DNA of 48,497 nt from Candidatus Pelethousia gallinarum (GCA_018711995.1 DVHO01000030.1:1-48497); one strand, 5' to 3'; positions 1-8,933 are shown, counted from the first letter of the stretch. The notes: a model not told the origin generated them from the letters alone. Program-made: numbers and translations.

Positions 1-1
1 G

Positions 2-253
2 GTGATCCTGACGGCGGTGGAGAAGGTATCCATCAACTTCAAGAAGCCGGATCAAAAGGATCTGGATGTGATCAGCCCTGGGGAAGCCAAGGCATATATG
101 GCGGAAGGGCATTTTGCGCCAGGGTCCATGCTGCCCAAGATGGAGGCGGCGGTAAAATTCGTGGAGAGCAAGCCGGGGCGGACGGCCATCATCACGTCCC
201 TGGACAAGGCGGTGGAAGCCTTAGCAGGCCGGGCGGGCACCACCATCCGGTGA
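2..253 (+). CDS. arcC: Carbamate kinase, C-terminal fragment (gene begins left of the window)
   Basis: The frame is open to the window edge. The tail GSMLPKMEAAVKFVESKPGRTAIITSLDKAVEALAGRAGTTI resembles the conserved C-terminus of carbamate kinases (amino-acid-kinase fold). Stop TGA at 251-253. Confidence 0.7.
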   Translation: MILTAVEKVSINFKKPDQKDLDVISPGEAKAYMAEGHFAPGSMLPKMEAAVKFVESKPGRTAIITSLDKAVEALAGRAGTTIR

Positions 254-416
254 TCTGCGGGGGGCTACCCGCCCCCCTACAGTTTGCAAAGGCCGTTGCG
301 GGCGGCCGTCAAGGCGGCTCCCTTCAACGCCCTTGCCCATTGGGCTTGCCACATCAGGGGGGTGCGTCACGGGAGGGCGCGCGCCGGGGCCAGCCGGGGG
401 GGCGGCGGCGTTTGGC

Positions 417-491
417 GGCCCGGGCGCCCAAGGCGCCCGGGCCAGCCAAACCAAAGGCCGGGCCGGGGGGCCAAAGCCCCCCGGCCCGGCC
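417..491. repeat. Two perfect GC-only palindromic hairpins in a very GC-rich convergent intergenic spacer (254-594)
   Basis: Hairpin 1 is ggcccgggcgcc/caa/ggcgcccgggcc at 417-443 (12-bp stem). Hairpin 2 is ggccgggccgggggg/ccaaag/ccccccggcccggcc at 456-491 (15-bp stem). Neither has a U-tract. They lie between the convergent arcC and pucR-like genes. Confidence 0.5.
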
Positions 492-594
492 TTCCGGGCG
501 CGGAGCGCCCTGCCGCCGCCCCCCCGGCTGGCCCCGGCTCCCCTGCCGCAGAGGCTCCCAAGGGCGGCTGGCAGCGGTGGGACCCTTGCTCCCG

Positions 595-2223
595 TTAGCC
601 GGGGTTTCTGGATAGGTCCTCCTGGCCGGCGGCCTGGGGATGGAGCCGGTAGAGCTGGATGGCGGTCTCCAGGGCAAAGCGCTCCTGGGCCACCCGGGGA
701 TCCAGGCCGGTGAGCTCTTTGACCCGCTTGAGCCGGTAGACCAGGGTGTTGTAGTGGGTGAAGGTGAGCTCAGAGAGCTTCTTCAGATTGCCGCCGCATT
801 GGAAATAGGCTTCCAGCACCGGGATAAACTCCACGTTCCGGGTCTCCTTGGGGTCCAACAAGGGGCCGATGGTCTCCTGGATGTATGCCTGGATCTCCGC
901 GTCCGGGTCGTCGGCGTAGATCAGCCGGAACAGGCCGATCTGATGAAAGCCTAGGATACAGCTGGTTTCGTCCTGGGAGCTGGCGCATAGCCGCAGGGCG
1001 GTTTGCGCTTGCTTGGCGCTTTGCAGCAGGCCCTCGAAGCCAGGCCGCGGGTTGCCATAGCCTGCCTGGAACCGCAGGTCTGGGGCGTGGCGCTGTAGGC
1101 CCGCCATGATCCGCTCTAATAGCTGGGCCACCTCGCCTAGACGGTTTTTGCCTTTCGGCGCGTTTAAGAGCAGCAGATGTTCCGTCCCATCCTGGACATG
1201 GAGGCAGTTTACATCCAGGGCCCGGAACATATCTTCCACCTCTTCAAAGTGCAAGGCCCGTTCTGGAGGCCTGCTGTGGGCGTCGCCGATCTCGGAGATG
1301 CGAATGCGCACCACCATATGGACATGGTCTAAAACCAGCCAGGGACTGGGACTGCGATGGGCCTCCTTGGCAGGTTCCACCGGGGCGGTGCGAAGGAGCC
1401 GGGCAAAATAATCGTCCAGGGCTTTGGCGGAATCCCGGTTGTTACGGGTCTGGGCGATCTCCAGGGAAACGGAACGGGCGATCAGTTCCACGGTCTGCAA
1501 ATGGGCCTGGGTGATGGGGGAGTCCGTTGGGTAGACAAAGATCTGGCCATAGACCTCATCCCCCACATGGATGGGCCGGTGGGAGGGCTGGGGCAGGGAT
1601 TCCTTGCCCCGAAGGCTGGCAATGGATTGTCCCCGCTTGGTAAGGAAGCGGGCGTTGCGGCCGTTGATGGTGTCGCAGATCAGCACGGAATTCCCCACCA
1701 GCTGGGACAGCATCCGGGCAATGCCCACCAGGTCCGCCCCCCCCGCCAGCAGGGAGAGCACCACCTCGTCCAAGGCCTGGGCCTGGGCGAGATAGGCGGC
1801 CTGCTTCTCCAAGAGGGCGTCGGAAACCCCTTTGAGCACCCCGGCGAGGGTGATGCCCCGGGCCAGCTGGATCACCGGCAGGCGGAGCTGGTCGGCCTCC
1901 CGAAGAAAATCCGGGGAAAAATCCGGCAGGCTCACCGCAGGGCGCAGGCAAATGCCCGAAATGCCCAATTGACGAAGCCGGTGGATGAAATCAGAGGATA
2001 AGGCGGGCGGGGCCTCGATCCAGGTCCAGTCCACCAAAAACAACTCGCCGGGATGGGCCGGGGCGGCAATGTCCGGCGCGCCGGCCAGGGAGGCGCCGGT
2101 GACCAGATTGGATAGGCCTTGGCTGCCGGCAAGGAGCCTGGAATTTTGCAAAATGGGCAAATGCAGCAAATCCTGCAAAGATATGCCCAAAGGAAGGAGA
2201 TTGGGACGGGATTCTTGAAGCAA
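595..2223 (-). CDS. PucR-family transcriptional regulator (purine-catabolism-regulator-like)
   Basis: 542-aa ORF. It has a C-terminal PucR-type HTH (LKKLSELTFTHYNTLVYRLKRVKELTGLDP) and a PucR-like N-terminus (ISLQDLLHLPILQNSRLLAGSQGL). It is divergent from the operon starting at 2511. Confidence 0.8.
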   Translation of the reverse strand: MLQESRPNLLPLGISLQDLLHLPILQNSRLLAGSQGLSNLVTGASLAGAPDIAAPAHPGELFLVDWTWIEAPPALSSDFIHRLRQLGISGICLRPAVSLPDFSPDFLREADQLRLPVIQLARGITLAGVLKGVSDALLEKQAAYLAQAQALDEVVLSLLAGGADLVGIARMLSQLVGNSVLICDTINGRNARFLTKRGQSIASLRGKESLPQPSHRPIHVGDEVYGQIFVYPTDSPITQAHLQTVELIARSVSLEIAQTRNNRDSAKALDDYFARLLRTAPVEPAKEAHRSPSPWLVLDHVHMVVRIRISEIGDAHSRPPERALHFEEVEDMFRALDVNCLHVQDGTEHLLLLNAPKGKNRLGEVAQLLERIMAGLQRHAPDLRFQAGYGNPRPGFEGLLQSAKQAQTALRLCASSQDETSCILGFHQIGLFRLIYADDPDAEIQAYIQETIGPLLDPKETRNVEFIPVLEAYFQCGGNLKKLSELTFTHYNTLVYRLKRVKELTGLDPRVAQERFALETAIQLYRLHPQAAGQEDLSRNPG

Positions 2224-2510
2224 ATAGCAGGCCCTCCTTCAAATTGGTATCTTTCAACAAAAGAATACCATTAGATTTGTATAAAGTCAACATAGACAAC
2301 TGGCATAAGATGGCCGATAATAGTTACATAACAAAATTGTCTTGACAAAATATCAGCGCTGATCATCCAAACACAAACAACCGACCAACCAGAACCAATC
2401 CAGACCAGACAGGAACCAATTTTTTGTAGCGGCACACAAAGACTGTGTGGGTGTGCTAAATTTTCCTTTCTACATGTGCAACTCAATTATGCATCAAGGA
2501 GGCGAACGCA

Positions 2511-3170
2511 ATGGCAACGATCGACAAAATGGAACAACAACTCAGGCCGCCGACCATCGGACTAAAACCCTATGAACCCAAGGTAATTCCCCTGATCACC
2601 GGCGAAGATATGTTGGTGCGGGAAATCACCCGGGATGAGGTCCCGCTCATTTTGGAAACCATCGAGCCCCTTATGAAGCAGCCCAAGGACTTCTACGACA
2701 TCGTGGCGGCCCGTATCTATGCGGAGCTGCTGGGCATGTACCGCTATCGGGTACAGGATGAATATTTCTTCGTAGGCGCCATCGACGGCGAGATCGCCGG
2801 TATCGTCAACGGCCGCCTGGTCAATGAAAAGATCGGCATGAGCTATCACACCATGACCCTGCGCCGCGGTTTGCGGGTAGGCGCCCAGCTGTTTGCCGCT
2901 AAGATGGAATATCACTTCGACTTCATGAACCAGGACGAGGTCTGGATCGTGGCGGAGAGCCCCAACGGCTTCAAGCGTTGGATGATCGAGTACGAGCTGG
3001 AATCCCGGCCTGAGTGCCCCCACGAGCTGGGCGGCGTACCCACCTATGTGCTCACCCGGGCCCTGTGGGAGAAACATAAGGCCAACAAGAACGTGGGCAT
3101 CCGTCCTGCGTTTGAGGATGTTATCAAGGCAAACGAAGTGCTGCGCAAGCCCCCGAAGATCAGCGTCTAA
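2511..3170 (+). CDS. Hypothetical protein; possible acyltransferase (GNAT-like) fold, family not recognised
   Basis: 219-aa ORF with AAGGAGG at 2496-2502, 8 nt before the ATG. It is the first gene of the plus-strand operon. There is only a weak by-eye GNAT-like core (GAIDGEIAGIVNG...LRRGLRVGAQLF). Confidence 0.55.
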   Translation: MATIDKMEQQLRPPTIGLKPYEPKVIPLITGEDMLVREITRDEVPLILETIEPLMKQPKDFYDIVAARIYAELLGMYRYRVQDEYFFVGAIDGEIAGIVNGRLVNEKIGMSYHTMTLRRGLRVGAQLFAAKMEYHFDFMNQDEVWIVAESPNGFKRWMIEYELESRPECPHELGGVPTYVLTRALWEKHKANKNVGIRPAFEDVIKANEVLRKPPKISV

Positions 3171-3194
3171 GCGCTGGAGAAAGGAAGTGGAAAC

Positions 3195-4391
3195 ATGCGT
3201 CAGGTAGGAATCGTTGGCGTAGGGCATACCAAATTCGGCAAGCATAACGGCACCTTCTTGGAAATGATCAGCGAGGCCGCCCTGCAGGCCATGGACGATG
3301 CCGGCGCCAAAACCGGCGATAATAACGTCATCGACCAGGTATTTGTAGCCAGCATGGGCGCCGGCATGATCAACCGGATTAGCGGCTCCGCCTCTGCCCT
3401 GGTAGATACCCTGGATATCCGCCCCGCCATGGCGGAGTGCATTGAGAACGGCCCCGCCTCCGGCGCGTCCGGCATCAAGCTGGGCTATATGGCCATCGCT
3501 TCCGGCATGTGCGACTGCGTGCTGGTGGTAGGCGGCGAGCAGATGCGGGTGGTAAGCGGCTGGGAAGCCACGGACTTTGTGGCCACCATGCTCCATCCGG
3601 AAGCAGAATATAAATACGGCGCGACCTTGCCCTCCTTCGCGGGCATGTTCACCCGCCTGTGCATGGAGAAATACGGCGTTGAGAGCAGGGACCTGTCCAT
3701 CATCTCCGTAAAGAACCATGAAAACGCCATGCACAATCCCTGCGCCCATATCCACCGCAGGGCGGTGCTGGAGCGCATCACCAACCCGGCTTACATCAAC
3801 GCCACCAACCCCATCGTGGCGGACCCCCTGCGCCAGTTCGATATGTGCCCGGTGAGCGACGGCGCCGCCGCGGTGCTGCTGGTGGCCAAGGATAAGCAGG
3901 AAGAGCTGGGCTTTGGCGACAAGAAGTTCATCCGGATCGCCGGTATTTCCAGCGCGACCGATACCCACGTGGTGGCTAACCGCGCGGTACCCACGGACCT
4001 GTTGGCTGTGCGCACCGCTGCCCAAAAGGCCTACAAGATGGCGGGTATGGGCCCCGAGGATATCGACGTGGCGGAGCTGCATGACGCCTTCCTGATCCTG
4101 GAGATCGTGGAGAGCGAGGAAGTGGGCTTCTTCAAGCGGGGCGAAGGCCATATCGCCGCCCGCAACGGCGAAACCCGCATCGGCGGCAAAATGCCCATCA
4201 ACCCCTCCGGCGGCTTGAAGGCCAAGGGCCATCCCCTGGGCGCCACGGGCGTATCCCAGGTGGTGGAGCTGGTCCGGCAGCTGCGGGGCGAGGCGGACGG
4301 CCGCCAGGTGGAAGGCGCCAAGACGGGCCTGGCCGTCAACTTCGGCGGCTTTGGCAACAACGTGGTCGCCACCATTGTGACGACGGACTAA
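3195..4391 (+). CDS. Thiolase-fold protein (SCP2/archaeal-type thiolase-like), apparently lacking the canonical catalytic cysteines
   Basis: 398 aa. Thiolase-fold signatures are present: VLVVGGEQM and NPSGGLKAKGHPLGATGVSQVVELVRQLRGEA. The expected N-x-C-A-(S/T)-G nucleophile segment reads ENGPASGASG. The SCP2-thiolase HDCF motif reads HDAF. Confidence 0.8.
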   Translation: MRQVGIVGVGHTKFGKHNGTFLEMISEAALQAMDDAGAKTGDNNVIDQVFVASMGAGMINRISGSASALVDTLDIRPAMAECIENGPASGASGIKLGYMAIASGMCDCVLVVGGEQMRVVSGWEATDFVATMLHPEAEYKYGATLPSFAGMFTRLCMEKYGVESRDLSIISVKNHENAMHNPCAHIHRRAVLERITNPAYINATNPIVADPLRQFDMCPVSDGAAAVLLVAKDKQEELGFGDKKFIRIAGISSATDTHVVANRAVPTDLLAVRTAAQKAYKMAGMGPEDIDVAELHDAFLILEIVESEEVGFFKRGEGHIAARNGETRIGGKMPINPSGGLKAKGHPLGATGVSQVVELVRQLRGEADGRQVEGAKTGLAVNFGGFGNNVVATIVTTD

Positions 4392-4403
4392 GGAGGCAAG
4401 GAT

Positions 4404-4745
4404 ATGGAACAACTCTACGCATATAAATGCAATAAGTGCGGCAAGCTGCACCATCCCCATTACATTGTCTGCCAGAATCCGGCGTGCGAAAGCAGGGAGT
4501 TTACCCCCGAAGTGCTGGAGGGCAAGTGCAAGCTCCTTACCTGGACCCGGGTTTACAACCTGCCCGAAGGCTATATGAAGCCCTGGCTGAATTTCGGCAT
4601 CGTGCAGTTTGAAAACGGCGTGACCGCCATGGGTCAGATCGGCTTTGACGATATCGAAAACGGCATGGAGCTGGTCTCCACCGTGGATGTGGTCAAAGAG
4701 GGCGTGGGCCAGGATCAATACGGTTTCGTGTTCGTCAAACCATAA
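4404..4745 (+). CDS. DUF35-type zinc-ribbon/OB-fold protein (thiolase partner subunit)
   Basis: 113 aa. It has an N-terminal four-Cys ribbon (CNKCGKLHHPHYIVCQNPAC) followed by an OB-fold-like C-terminus. It sits 12 nt after the thiolase-like gene, the arrangement typical of thiolase/DUF35 pairs. Confidence 0.75.
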   Translation: MEQLYAYKCNKCGKLHHPHYIVCQNPACESREFTPEVLEGKCKLLTWTRVYNLPEGYMKPWLNFGIVQFENGVTAMGQIGFDDIENGMELVSTVDVVKEGVGQDQYGFVFVKP

Positions 4746-4872
4746 GGCGTGGAAGGGATACCCGCCTGGCAGGCGCCGGGCGGGGATTCTGCAAGGGCGG
4801 GGCTGAAAACCGCCCCCGCAGTCCAAAGCGGGCGGCCCGATCCGGCCGCCCCACCATACTGGAGGGATTTGT

Positions 4873-6432
4873 TTGATAAAACTTGAAGTTCGGAAAAATG
4901 CGTATTACGATTCCGTGACCCTGATGCTCATCTCCAAGGACGTTAAGAAGCTGGAAGGCATCGAAGAAGCCCTGGTGGGCATGGGAACGGAATTGAATCG
5001 GGAAATCGCGGCCAATCTGGGCCTGGACGCCCCGGGGTTCGAGGCGGTGGGGCCCAATGACTTTTTTGTGGCCGTCCGCTGCGGGGACGAGGCGGCGTTT
5101 ACCAACGCCATAGAAACCGTGGATACCCTCATCAATAAAAAGGCGGACAGCGAGGCCGCGGCCTACACCCCCCCCACCCTGGAGGGTGCGCTGAAGATGG
5201 ACCCCAATCTGAACATGGCGGTCATCTCCGTGCCGGGCAAGTTCGCGGCAGGGGTCGCCCAGGAGTGCCTGGATAAGAACATCCACGTGATGCTCTTTAG
5301 CGACAACGTGACCGTGGACGAAGAACGGGAACTGAAAACCTTTGCGGCGGAACGTGGTTTGCTGGTCATGGGCCCGGATTGCGGCACGGCCATCATCAAC
5401 CACGTGCCTTTGGCGTTTGCCAACGTGGTAAAGCCGGGGGGCATCGGCATCGTAGCGGCTTCCGGCACGGGCACCCAGGAGGTATCCTCCCTGGTGGACC
5501 AGCTGGGGGGCGGCGTATCCCAGGTGATCGGCACCGGCGGCCGGGACCTGAAGAAAGAGATCGGCGGCATCATGATGACCATGGGCCTGGAGTCCCTCAT
5601 CGACGACGAGGCCACCAAGGTGATCGTGTTGATCTCCAAGCCCCCGGCCAAGGAGATCGCCACCCAGATCCTTACGCTGGCCACCAAGACGGATAAGCCC
5701 GTGGTGGTGTGCTTCATCGGCGGCGACCCGGCGGAGATCCGTTCCTTTGGCCTACATGCGGCCCTGTCCCTGGAGGATGCGGCCTATAAGGCGGTGGCCC
5801 TATTGAAGGGCGAGGAGGTCAAGGACTTCGTCAGCTTCACCATGGGCCAGGCGGAGGCCGAGGCCCTGGCTAAGGAGGAGGCCGGCAAAATGGCCCCCAG
5901 CCAGCGGTATGTGCGGGGCCTGTTCACCGGCGGCACCCTTTGCGACGAGGCCATGAAGCTCCTGAAGGAAGGCCTGGGCCATATTTATTCCAACATCCCC
6001 TTGGACCCCGCGGATCTCATCGAGGAGGCCCGTACCGCCAAGAGCCGGGAGAACACCTTCCTGGATTTCGGCGACGATGCCTTTACCGTGGGCCGGCCCC
6101 ATCCCATGATCGACCCCTCCCTGCGGGCTGAGCGGGTGATCACCGAAGGGGACGATCCCGAGACGGCCGTCATCTTTACGGATTGCGTCATCGGCTATGG
6201 CTCCCATCCGGACCCGGCTGAAGACCTGTCCGAGGCCATCCGCAAGGCAAAGGCCAACGCCCAGCAGGCGGGACGGCACATTACGGCGGTGGTCTCCGTG
6301 TGCGGCACGGAAGGCGATCCCCAGGGGCTCACAGCCACCCGGGAAAAGCTGCGGGCAGCCGGCGCGCTGGTATTCCCCTCCAATGCCCAGGCAACCCGTT
6401 TCGTGCAGCTGCTGCTGGGGAATCTTGCGTAG
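4873..6432 (+). CDS. fdrA: FdrA-family protein (succinyl-CoA-synthetase-alpha-like, acyl-CoA synthetase FdrA)
   Basis: 519 aa with a TTG start and GGAGGG at 4861-4866. The N-terminus MIKLEVRKNAYYDSVTLMLISKDV matches the FdrA N-terminal pattern. It also has SCS-alpha-like MGPDCGTAII and IVAASGTGTQEV. Confidence 0.8.
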   Translation: MIKLEVRKNAYYDSVTLMLISKDVKKLEGIEEALVGMGTELNREIAANLGLDAPGFEAVGPNDFFVAVRCGDEAAFTNAIETVDTLINKKADSEAAAYTPPTLEGALKMDPNLNMAVISVPGKFAAGVAQECLDKNIHVMLFSDNVTVDEERELKTFAAERGLLVMGPDCGTAIINHVPLAFANVVKPGGIGIVAASGTGTQEVSSLVDQLGGGVSQVIGTGGRDLKKEIGGIMMTMGLESLIDDEATKVIVLISKPPAKEIATQILTLATKTDKPVVVCFIGGDPAEIRSFGLHAALSLEDAAYKAVALLKGEEVKDFVSFTMGQAEAEALAKEEAGKMAPSQRYVRGLFTGGTLCDEAMKLLKEGLGHIYSNIPLDPADLIEEARTAKSRENTFLDFGDDAFTVGRPHPMIDPSLRAERVITEGDDPETAVIFTDCVIGYGSHPDPAEDLSEAIRKAKANAQQAGRHITAVVSVCGTEGDPQGLTATREKLRAAGALVFPSNAQATRFVQLLLGNLA

Positions 6433-6441
6433 GAGGGAATT

Positions 6442-7869
6442 ATGGCGAAATTGAACGAATTATACCAAAAAGAGCTCCATGTCGTAAACTTTGGCGTGGA
6501 AGCCTTCTATCAGGACCTCCTATCCCAGAACAAAAAGGCGGTACATGTCAACTGGAAGCCCGCCGCGGGAGGCGATCCCCGGCTGGCGGCCATGCTCCGC
6601 AAGCTCCACAGCGGGGAGCTGGGTGAAAAGATCGCCGCGGCCAACGCCGAGGCCCTCACCCGGATCCTCAACGCCCAGCCTACCCTGATCGGCCTGGGCA
6701 CCGCAGGCGAGCTGCTGCCCGGCATGACCAAGAAAACCATCCTCCATGCGGGCCCGCCCATTACCTGGGACAGGATGAGCGGCCCGGTGCGGGGCGCCGT
6801 CATGGGCGGCCTGATCTACGAGGGATTGGCCAAGGACCTGAAAGAAGCGGAAGAGTTGGCGGCCTCCGGGGAGATCACCTTCGACCCCTGCCACCATCAT
6901 AACGCGGTAGGCCCCATGGCGGGCGTGGTGACCTATTCCATGCCTGTATGGCGGATGAAGAACAAGGCCTTTGGCAACGAAGCCTATTGTACCTTTAACG
7001 AGGGCTTGGGCAAGGTGCTGCGCTTCGGCGCCTGCGACCAGGAGGTCATCGACCGGCTGAACTGGCTGGCTTCCGGCCTGTATCCGGTGCTGCGGGCAGC
7101 CATGGAGCGGATCGGGGAGATCGACATCAAGACCATGATCGCCCAGATCCTCCAGATGGGCGACGAGGGCCACAACCGGAATAAGGCGGGCACCTCCCTG
7201 CTGTTCCGGGAGCTGACCTTGGGCGTGCTGGAGACGGACTTCTCCAACCAGGAGAAGGAGGCGGCCCTGCGCTTCCTCAACAACAACGACCACACCTTCC
7301 TGAACATCTCCATGCCGGCCTGTAAGTGCACCATGGACGCCATCCAGGGGATCCCCTATTCCACGGTGGTGTCCACCATGTGCCGCAACGGCACGGACTT
7401 CGGCATCCGGATCGCGGGCCTTGGGGAAAAGCAGTGGTTCACTGCCCCGGCAGAGGCGGTGGACGGCCTTTACTTCCCGGGCTACACCGAAGCGGACGCC
7501 AACCCGGACCTGGGAGACAGCTGCATCACAGAGACCACCGGCATCGGCGGCTTCTGCATGGCGGCGGCCCCGGCCATCGTCCAGTTTGTGGGCGGCAAGG
7601 TCCAGGACGCCATCAACTATTCCCTGGAGATGTACGAGATCACCACCGGCGAAGGCTCCGCATACCGGATCCCCGCCCTGGACTTCCGGGGCAGCGCCAC
7701 GGGCATCGACCTGCTGAAGGTGATCGAGACCGGCATCCGGCCCATTATCAATACGGGCATCGCCCACAAGGACTATGGCGTGGGCCAGATCGGCGCCGGC
7801 TTGGTGCGGCCCCCGGCCGCCTGCTTCACCCAGGCCCTGGAGGCCTGCGCAAAGGCCTGGCTGGAATAG
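6442..7869 (+). CDS. DUF1116 protein (YlbE / AllG-like)
   Basis: 475 aa, 9 nt after fdrA. VNFGVEAFYQDLLSQNKKAVHVNWKPAAGGDPRLAAML resembles the YlbE-family N-terminus. It has the same fdrA-ylbE adjacency as in E. coli. Confidence 0.75.
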   Translation: MAKLNELYQKELHVVNFGVEAFYQDLLSQNKKAVHVNWKPAAGGDPRLAAMLRKLHSGELGEKIAAANAEALTRILNAQPTLIGLGTAGELLPGMTKKTILHAGPPITWDRMSGPVRGAVMGGLIYEGLAKDLKEAEELAASGEITFDPCHHHNAVGPMAGVVTYSMPVWRMKNKAFGNEAYCTFNEGLGKVLRFGACDQEVIDRLNWLASGLYPVLRAAMERIGEIDIKTMIAQILQMGDEGHNRNKAGTSLLFRELTLGVLETDFSNQEKEAALRFLNNNDHTFLNISMPACKCTMDAIQGIPYSTVVSTMCRNGTDFGIRIAGLGEKQWFTAPAEAVDGLYFPGYTEADANPDLGDSCITETTGIGGFCMAAAPAIVQFVGGKVQDAINYSLEMYEITTGEGSAYRIPALDFRGSATGIDLLKVIETGIRPIINTGIAHKDYGVGQIGAGLVRPPAACFTQALEACAKAWLE

Positions 7870-8000
7870 CCGCGCTTTGAAGGGATTCCTTTTCTCCCGC
7901 CCAGCCCTGGGGGCTGGGTGGGGTTTCGGGCGGTTCGCCCCGTTATCATCCTTGCCGCAGGTTCGCCGCGGCTACTAACTACCGTAAGGAGGTTTCGCAA

Positions 8001-8801
8001 ATGAGCAAATGGTCTGATATTAAAATGTACGAACTCTCCATCCCCATTGGCATCAATACGCCCCCCTGGCCCACCTATGAGCCCTTGCAGATGAAATTCT
8101 TCAAGCGGCTGGCGCCCAACGGGGCCAACGGCCAGCTGATGACCCACTCCAACCACGTGGGCACCCACTTGGACGGCCCCCTGCATTTTGACACCGCAGG
8201 CCGGGATATGGCCTCCCTGGAGCTGACCAAGCTGTGCGCCCCCGGCGTGGTGGTAGACCTTTCCGACCAGGCTATGGACTGGGGCATTTATACCCCGGAA
8301 GATATTGAAAAGCGGGTAGAGGTGAAGGAAGGCGATATCCTGATCATCAACACCGGCTACCATAAGTATGGCTGGGATAGCCCCGAGGCGGATGAGCGCC
8401 GCTACATGCTCCGCCACCCCGGCCCCTGCCTGGACTTCGTCCGCTGGGTGCGGGAAAAGAAGCTGCGCTGGATTGGCGTGGACTGCGGCTCCGCAGACCA
8501 CCCCATGAACACCAAGATCCGCGACTGGGAACCCATGGAGGCCGAAAAGTGCGACGCCGTGTTCAAAGAGCGCTATGGTAAGGGCCTCAACGACATCTAT
8601 CCCTGGCCGGACCATTACCAGGCCATGCATATCGAGCTGTTCTGCAAGCCCTATGAAGCCATCCATGCCGAGTGCTTGGGCGGCCAGATCGACGAGCTCT
8701 CCAATAAGCGGGTCGTTATCGGCTGCTTCCCCTGGAAGCTGGTGGAAGGCGAAAGCTGTATCTCCAGAATCGTGGCCTTCGACGGCTTTGAAGACGTGTA
8801 A
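8001..8801 (+). CDS. Cyclase-family hydrolase (kynurenine formamidase / isatin hydrolase fold)
   Basis: 266 aa with AAGGAGG upstream. The family metal-binding motif HxGTHxDxPxH is present as HVGTHLDGPLHF. Confidence 0.8.
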   Translation: MSKWSDIKMYELSIPIGINTPPWPTYEPLQMKFFKRLAPNGANGQLMTHSNHVGTHLDGPLHFDTAGRDMASLELTKLCAPGVVVDLSDQAMDWGIYTPEDIEKRVEVKEGDILIINTGYHKYGWDSPEADERRYMLRHPGPCLDFVRWVREKKLRWIGVDCGSADHPMNTKIRDWEPMEAEKCDAVFKERYGKGLNDIYPWPDHYQAMHIELFCKPYEAIHAECLGGQIDELSNKRVVIGCFPWKLVEGESCISRIVAFDGFEDV

Positions 8802-8807
8802 TTTTAT

Positions 8808-8838
8808 GGGACGGCGTTTGCCGTCCCTCGTTATTTCT
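8808..8838 (+). terminator. Rho-independent terminator after the cyclase gene (copy 1 of a duplicated ~45-bp module)
   Basis: Hairpin gggacggc/gttt/gccgtccc (8808-8827) followed by tcgttatttct. Confidence 0.6.
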
Positions 8839-8933
8839 CAATAAATATCACGACTTACCAACTTACGACGAGGTGGCAGGTGCGCAATATGAGATCCAAG
8901 CGTTTTTATCAGCATACGATCCCATATCCCTAA

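Noticed and set aside
221-713. Cluster of overlapping 60-126-aa ORFs on both strands in the GC-rich spacer (for example 250-615, 333-713, 354-677)
   Set aside because: All translate to Pro/Gly/Ala/Arg low-complexity strings. They overlap each other in several frames and have no SD. The region is better explained as a structured GC-rich intergenic spacer.
2562-4826. 754-aa minus-strand ORF spanning the 219-aa, thiolase-like and DUF35 genes
   Set aside because: It lies antisense to three plus-strand genes that have recognisable families, SD sites and sensible spacing. Its translation is low-complexity Gly/Ala/His/Leu-rich, typical of an open antisense frame in GC3-rich DNA.
6520-7767. Long antisense ORFs opposite well-supported genes (6520-7767). 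The same applies to 7773-8666, 10381-11256, 11744-13138, 17229-18539, 20931-21671, 22803-23540, 37711-38586, 40504-41334, 42349-43344 and 46610-47296.
   Set aside because: Each overlaps a plus-strand gene of confident family assignment. They are GC-bias shadow ORFs with low-complexity composition.
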